Positions 61,678 to 64,000 of a DNA stretch of 64,000 nt are shown one piece after another (within the stretch, counting starts at the first letter, position 1; every line of letters begins with the position of its first letter). The DNA comes from a virus: the IMG/VR virus record IMGVR_UViG_3300021963_008193, positions 10,966 through 74,965 of that record; one strand, 5' to 3'. A model generated the notes under the pieces. The model saw nothing but the letters and a program-made list of their open reading frames with translations, ran no database searches and was not told the DNA's origin. Made by a program: the position numbers and the translations under genes.

Positions 61678-63444
61678 CTAACTCCGATTATTAATCTTGT
61701 TCATCAAGACCTCAATAAAATCCCCCTTATCTTCTATGTTATCACCCATTACAGTGTCAATAATATTTTTCTTATTTGATAACATATCGTATATAATACC
61801 TTCTATAGTATTTTCAAAAATTGGGTAGTACACAGAAACGTTTGATTTTTGTCCGTATCGATAAGCCCTATCCTCGGCCTGAGCGTGGTCAGAAGGTACG
61901 AAAGATAGGTCATTCATAATAACCGCTTCCGCAGCCGTCAACGTAATTCCAACTCCTGCGGCTTTTAAATTACCGACAAAAACTTTAATTTTGTCATTTT
62001 CCTGAAATTGGTCAACGGCATATTGTCTTTGAGGTTTAGTACAAGACCCGTCTAAATAAACGGACTGTTTCCCAAAGTGGGAATGTATCTTTTGTAATGT
62101 GTCTGTAAAATTTGTGAAGATAATTACTTTCTTATCTTGGTCAATGATATTCTGAGCTAGCTCAATTGTGTTATTTATTTTTTCTTCAGCAATGACTTGT
62201 CTAACTTTCATTAGTTTAGAAAATTGCACGGTTAATGATGAGGACTCTTCGGTTCTATTATTATACCAATCATAATATTCCCCCATCAGACCTTCATACA
62301 ATTTTGATTTCAACCTTAAATAAACAGGTGAAATAATTTTATCAGGTAAATCCAACACTTCAGTTTTTAATCTTCTTAAAACTTGACGAGAGGTTCTATC
62401 TCTTAATTCTTCTAAATTTGAAGCCCCTGAAGTATTCCATATCTTTCTATTACCCGCTTTAAATTGATATCCTTGACAATAACGAATCGCGTAAGCCATC
62501 CAATTTTGAGCAACAGGACTTTCAATTAAGTTTAACAAATTGTAATAATTCATTGGTCGGGAAGTCATTGGTGTCCCCGTCAATAACCATAGTTTATCAG
62601 TTCGTTTAACAAAATGATTAACTAATTTAGTTCTTTGAGCCTGACCATTTTGGACATAATGTGCCTCATCAATAATAATCAAGTCAGGATTGAATTGATA
62701 GATTAATGTTTCCTCATTCTTTTTAAGTTCATAAAAATTTTTGAGGATATCGTAATTAACAATTACAAAATCGTGGTCAAGAGAAAAGTTTTTACCCTCA
62801 GCAATATAAACACTTCTATCGGAGTAATTTTCAATTTCACGTTGCCAGTTAATCTTTAAAGACGCGGGACAAATAATCATTATTCGTTTTGCACCTGTCT
62901 CTAATGCCGCAATAATTGTTGAGGTGGTTTTACCCAAACCCATATCATCGGCTAAAATAAATCTTTTAGACCCCGCTAATTTCTCAATCGCATCTTTTTG
63001 GTGATTGAGTGGTGGTCGATGGTCGTACTTTGAATAATCAATCTCAACCTTCTCAACTTTGTGGGTTTTTAATAACGCACCTTTAGGTAACCAAAATTCA
63101 TGGATGACCTCTTTCTCAAAAACCTTACCCCAAATATGATATGATTTTTCTTTTTCCGCTAATAACTTCTCCACCCAAATTTCTTTAGGTATTTCAGTGT
63201 ATAATTTTTCATCAGCAATTTTCTTTGCAAAATATGGGTCTAACTCAACCCATTTTTTAGCGACCTTAGGATTCTTGTCGTGAAAATTTATAATATATTC
63301 TGATTGTGCTCTTGTAGGGTAAAATTTCTTATTGGTTTCTTTTTGATATTTTAACTTTAGGATATAATTATTCCCACCTGAATAAGTATCAAGTATTAAC
63401 AAGGCGTTTTGTTCTATCACATTTATTGTACTTCCTGTAATCAA
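61678..63444 (-). CDS. SNF2-family helicase/ATPase (SMARCAL1/HARP-like)
   Basis: LADDMGLGKT, ICPASLK.NW, DEAH, LTGTP, LRRLK.EVL and QAEDRAYR.GQ motifs. Confidence 0.93.
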   Translation of the reverse strand: MITGSTINVIEQNALLILDTYSGGNNYILKLKYQKETNKKFYPTRAQSEYIINFHDKNPKVAKKWVELDPYFAKKIADEKLYTEIPKEIWVEKLLAEKEKSYHIWGKVFEKEVIHEFWLPKGALLKTHKVEKVEIDYSKYDHRPPLNHQKDAIEKLAGSKRFILADDMGLGKTTSTIIAALETGAKRIMIICPASLKINWQREIENYSDRSVYIAEGKNFSLDHDFVIVNYDILKNFYELKKNEETLIYQFNPDLIIIDEAHYVQNGQAQRTKLVNHFVKRTDKLWLLTGTPMTSRPMNYYNLLNLIESPVAQNWMAYAIRYCQGYQFKAGNRKIWNTSGASNLEELRDRTSRQVLRRLKTEVLDLPDKIISPVYLRLKSKLYEGLMGEYYDWYNNRTEESSSLTVQFSKLMKVRQVIAEEKINNTIELAQNIIDQDKKVIIFTNFTDTLQKIHSHFGKQSVYLDGSCTKPQRQYAVDQFQENDKIKVFVGNLKAAGVGITLTAAEAVIMNDLSFVPSDHAQAEDRAYRYGQKSNVSVYYPIFENTIEGIIYDMLSNKKNIIDTVMGDNIEDKGDFIEVLMNKINNRS

Positions 63445-63492
63445 AGATTTACGTTTTAATTAAAAATAAGTATTAAGTGGATATTTATCAAT

Positions 63493-64000
63493 ATGTCAGA
63501 AAATAAAGTTCCAATTACAAGAATAGGTAAGTTCTTCGGTGCCGAAGATTACGACCTTGATATTTCCATGGGTGAAGAGTGGTTGTACGGTGATATGAAC
63601 TTTACCTTGGTATTATATCGTGTTGATAGAATGAAAACAAAAACTGATGATGTTTACGGGGAAACTGTTACGGATGGAATCAAATTTTTACCCCCAATTG
63701 AATTCAAGGGACATGTTCAAATCATGGCACCTGAGAATAAAAACTTGGGTAATTCTAAGATTGAACAATTTGAACCTGGTAACTTAAAAGTATCGGTATA
63801 TCAAAAACAGTTAGATGAATTGGGTGTAGACATTAATTTTGGTGACTACATTGGATATTACGAAACTGAGGACAGAGTTAGATACTACACAGTTAATAAT
63901 GACGGAAGGGTTATTTCCGATAACAAACACACATATGCAGGTTATAGACCTTTCTATAGAACTATTATTGCATCTGCGGTTGTGAATAATGAATTTAGAG
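63493..64000 (+). CDS. Neck/head-closure protein (gp14-like), partial; not in ORF track
   Basis: Open frame MSENKVPITRIGKFF...LYRVD..KTKTDDVYGE...GDYI to the window end; TATTTAT at 63482-63488. Confidence 0.6.
   Translation, partial: MSENKVPITRIGKFFGAEDYDLDISMGEEWLYGDMNFTLVLYRVDRMKTKTDDVYGETVTDGIKFLPPIEFKGHVQIMAPENKNLGNSKIEQFEPGNLKVSVYQKQLDELGVDINFGDYIGYYETEDRVRYYTVNNDGRVISDNKHTYAGYRPFYRTIIASAVVNNEFR

Noticed and set aside
1-64000. Stop-codon reassignment, tRNA genes or integrase
   Set aside because: Standard-code ORFs are full length and densely packed; intergenic gaps are short and I saw no cloverleaf or recombinase motif by eye (tRNAscan not run).

Overview
This AT-rich 64-kb window is the structural and replication core of a large T4-like (gp21/gp23/gp13/gp55-type) myovirus, and the host is very likely a Bacteroidota. 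Host evidence: a Bacteroidia-type ribosomal protein bS21 at the left edge (missed by the ORF track), TTG-N19/20-TAnnTTT(G) promoters, A-rich SD-less leaders and a T9SS-like secreted protein. The window contains prohead protease, scaffold, major capsid protein, a spike-like gene, neck genes, a late sigma factor, PolB, an SNF2 helicase, dUTPase, PhoH, MgsA, an SOD fusion, two glycosyltransferase clusters and a block of fibre-like genes with long Thr/Pro mucin-like repeats. Three candidate systems stand out. (1) A mucin-like virion protein lies directly upstream of a GT60 polypeptide-GlcNAc transferase, FkbM methyltransferases, an O-carbamoyltransferase and HtrL-type glycosyltransferases, suggesting a phage-made 'glycocalyx'. 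(2) An unannotated ~85-nt minus-strand RNA has its own host-type promoter and two hairpins with unrelated stems displaying nearly the same 20-nt loop, next to a possible RNase gene. (3) A set of proteins (WYL, SOD-nuclease, peptidoglycan-binding, DUF5872-like) carry similar helical leaders ending in (L/I)xE, consistent with capsid-packaged, gp21-processed cargo. All family assignments come from motif recognition by eye; no database searches were run.
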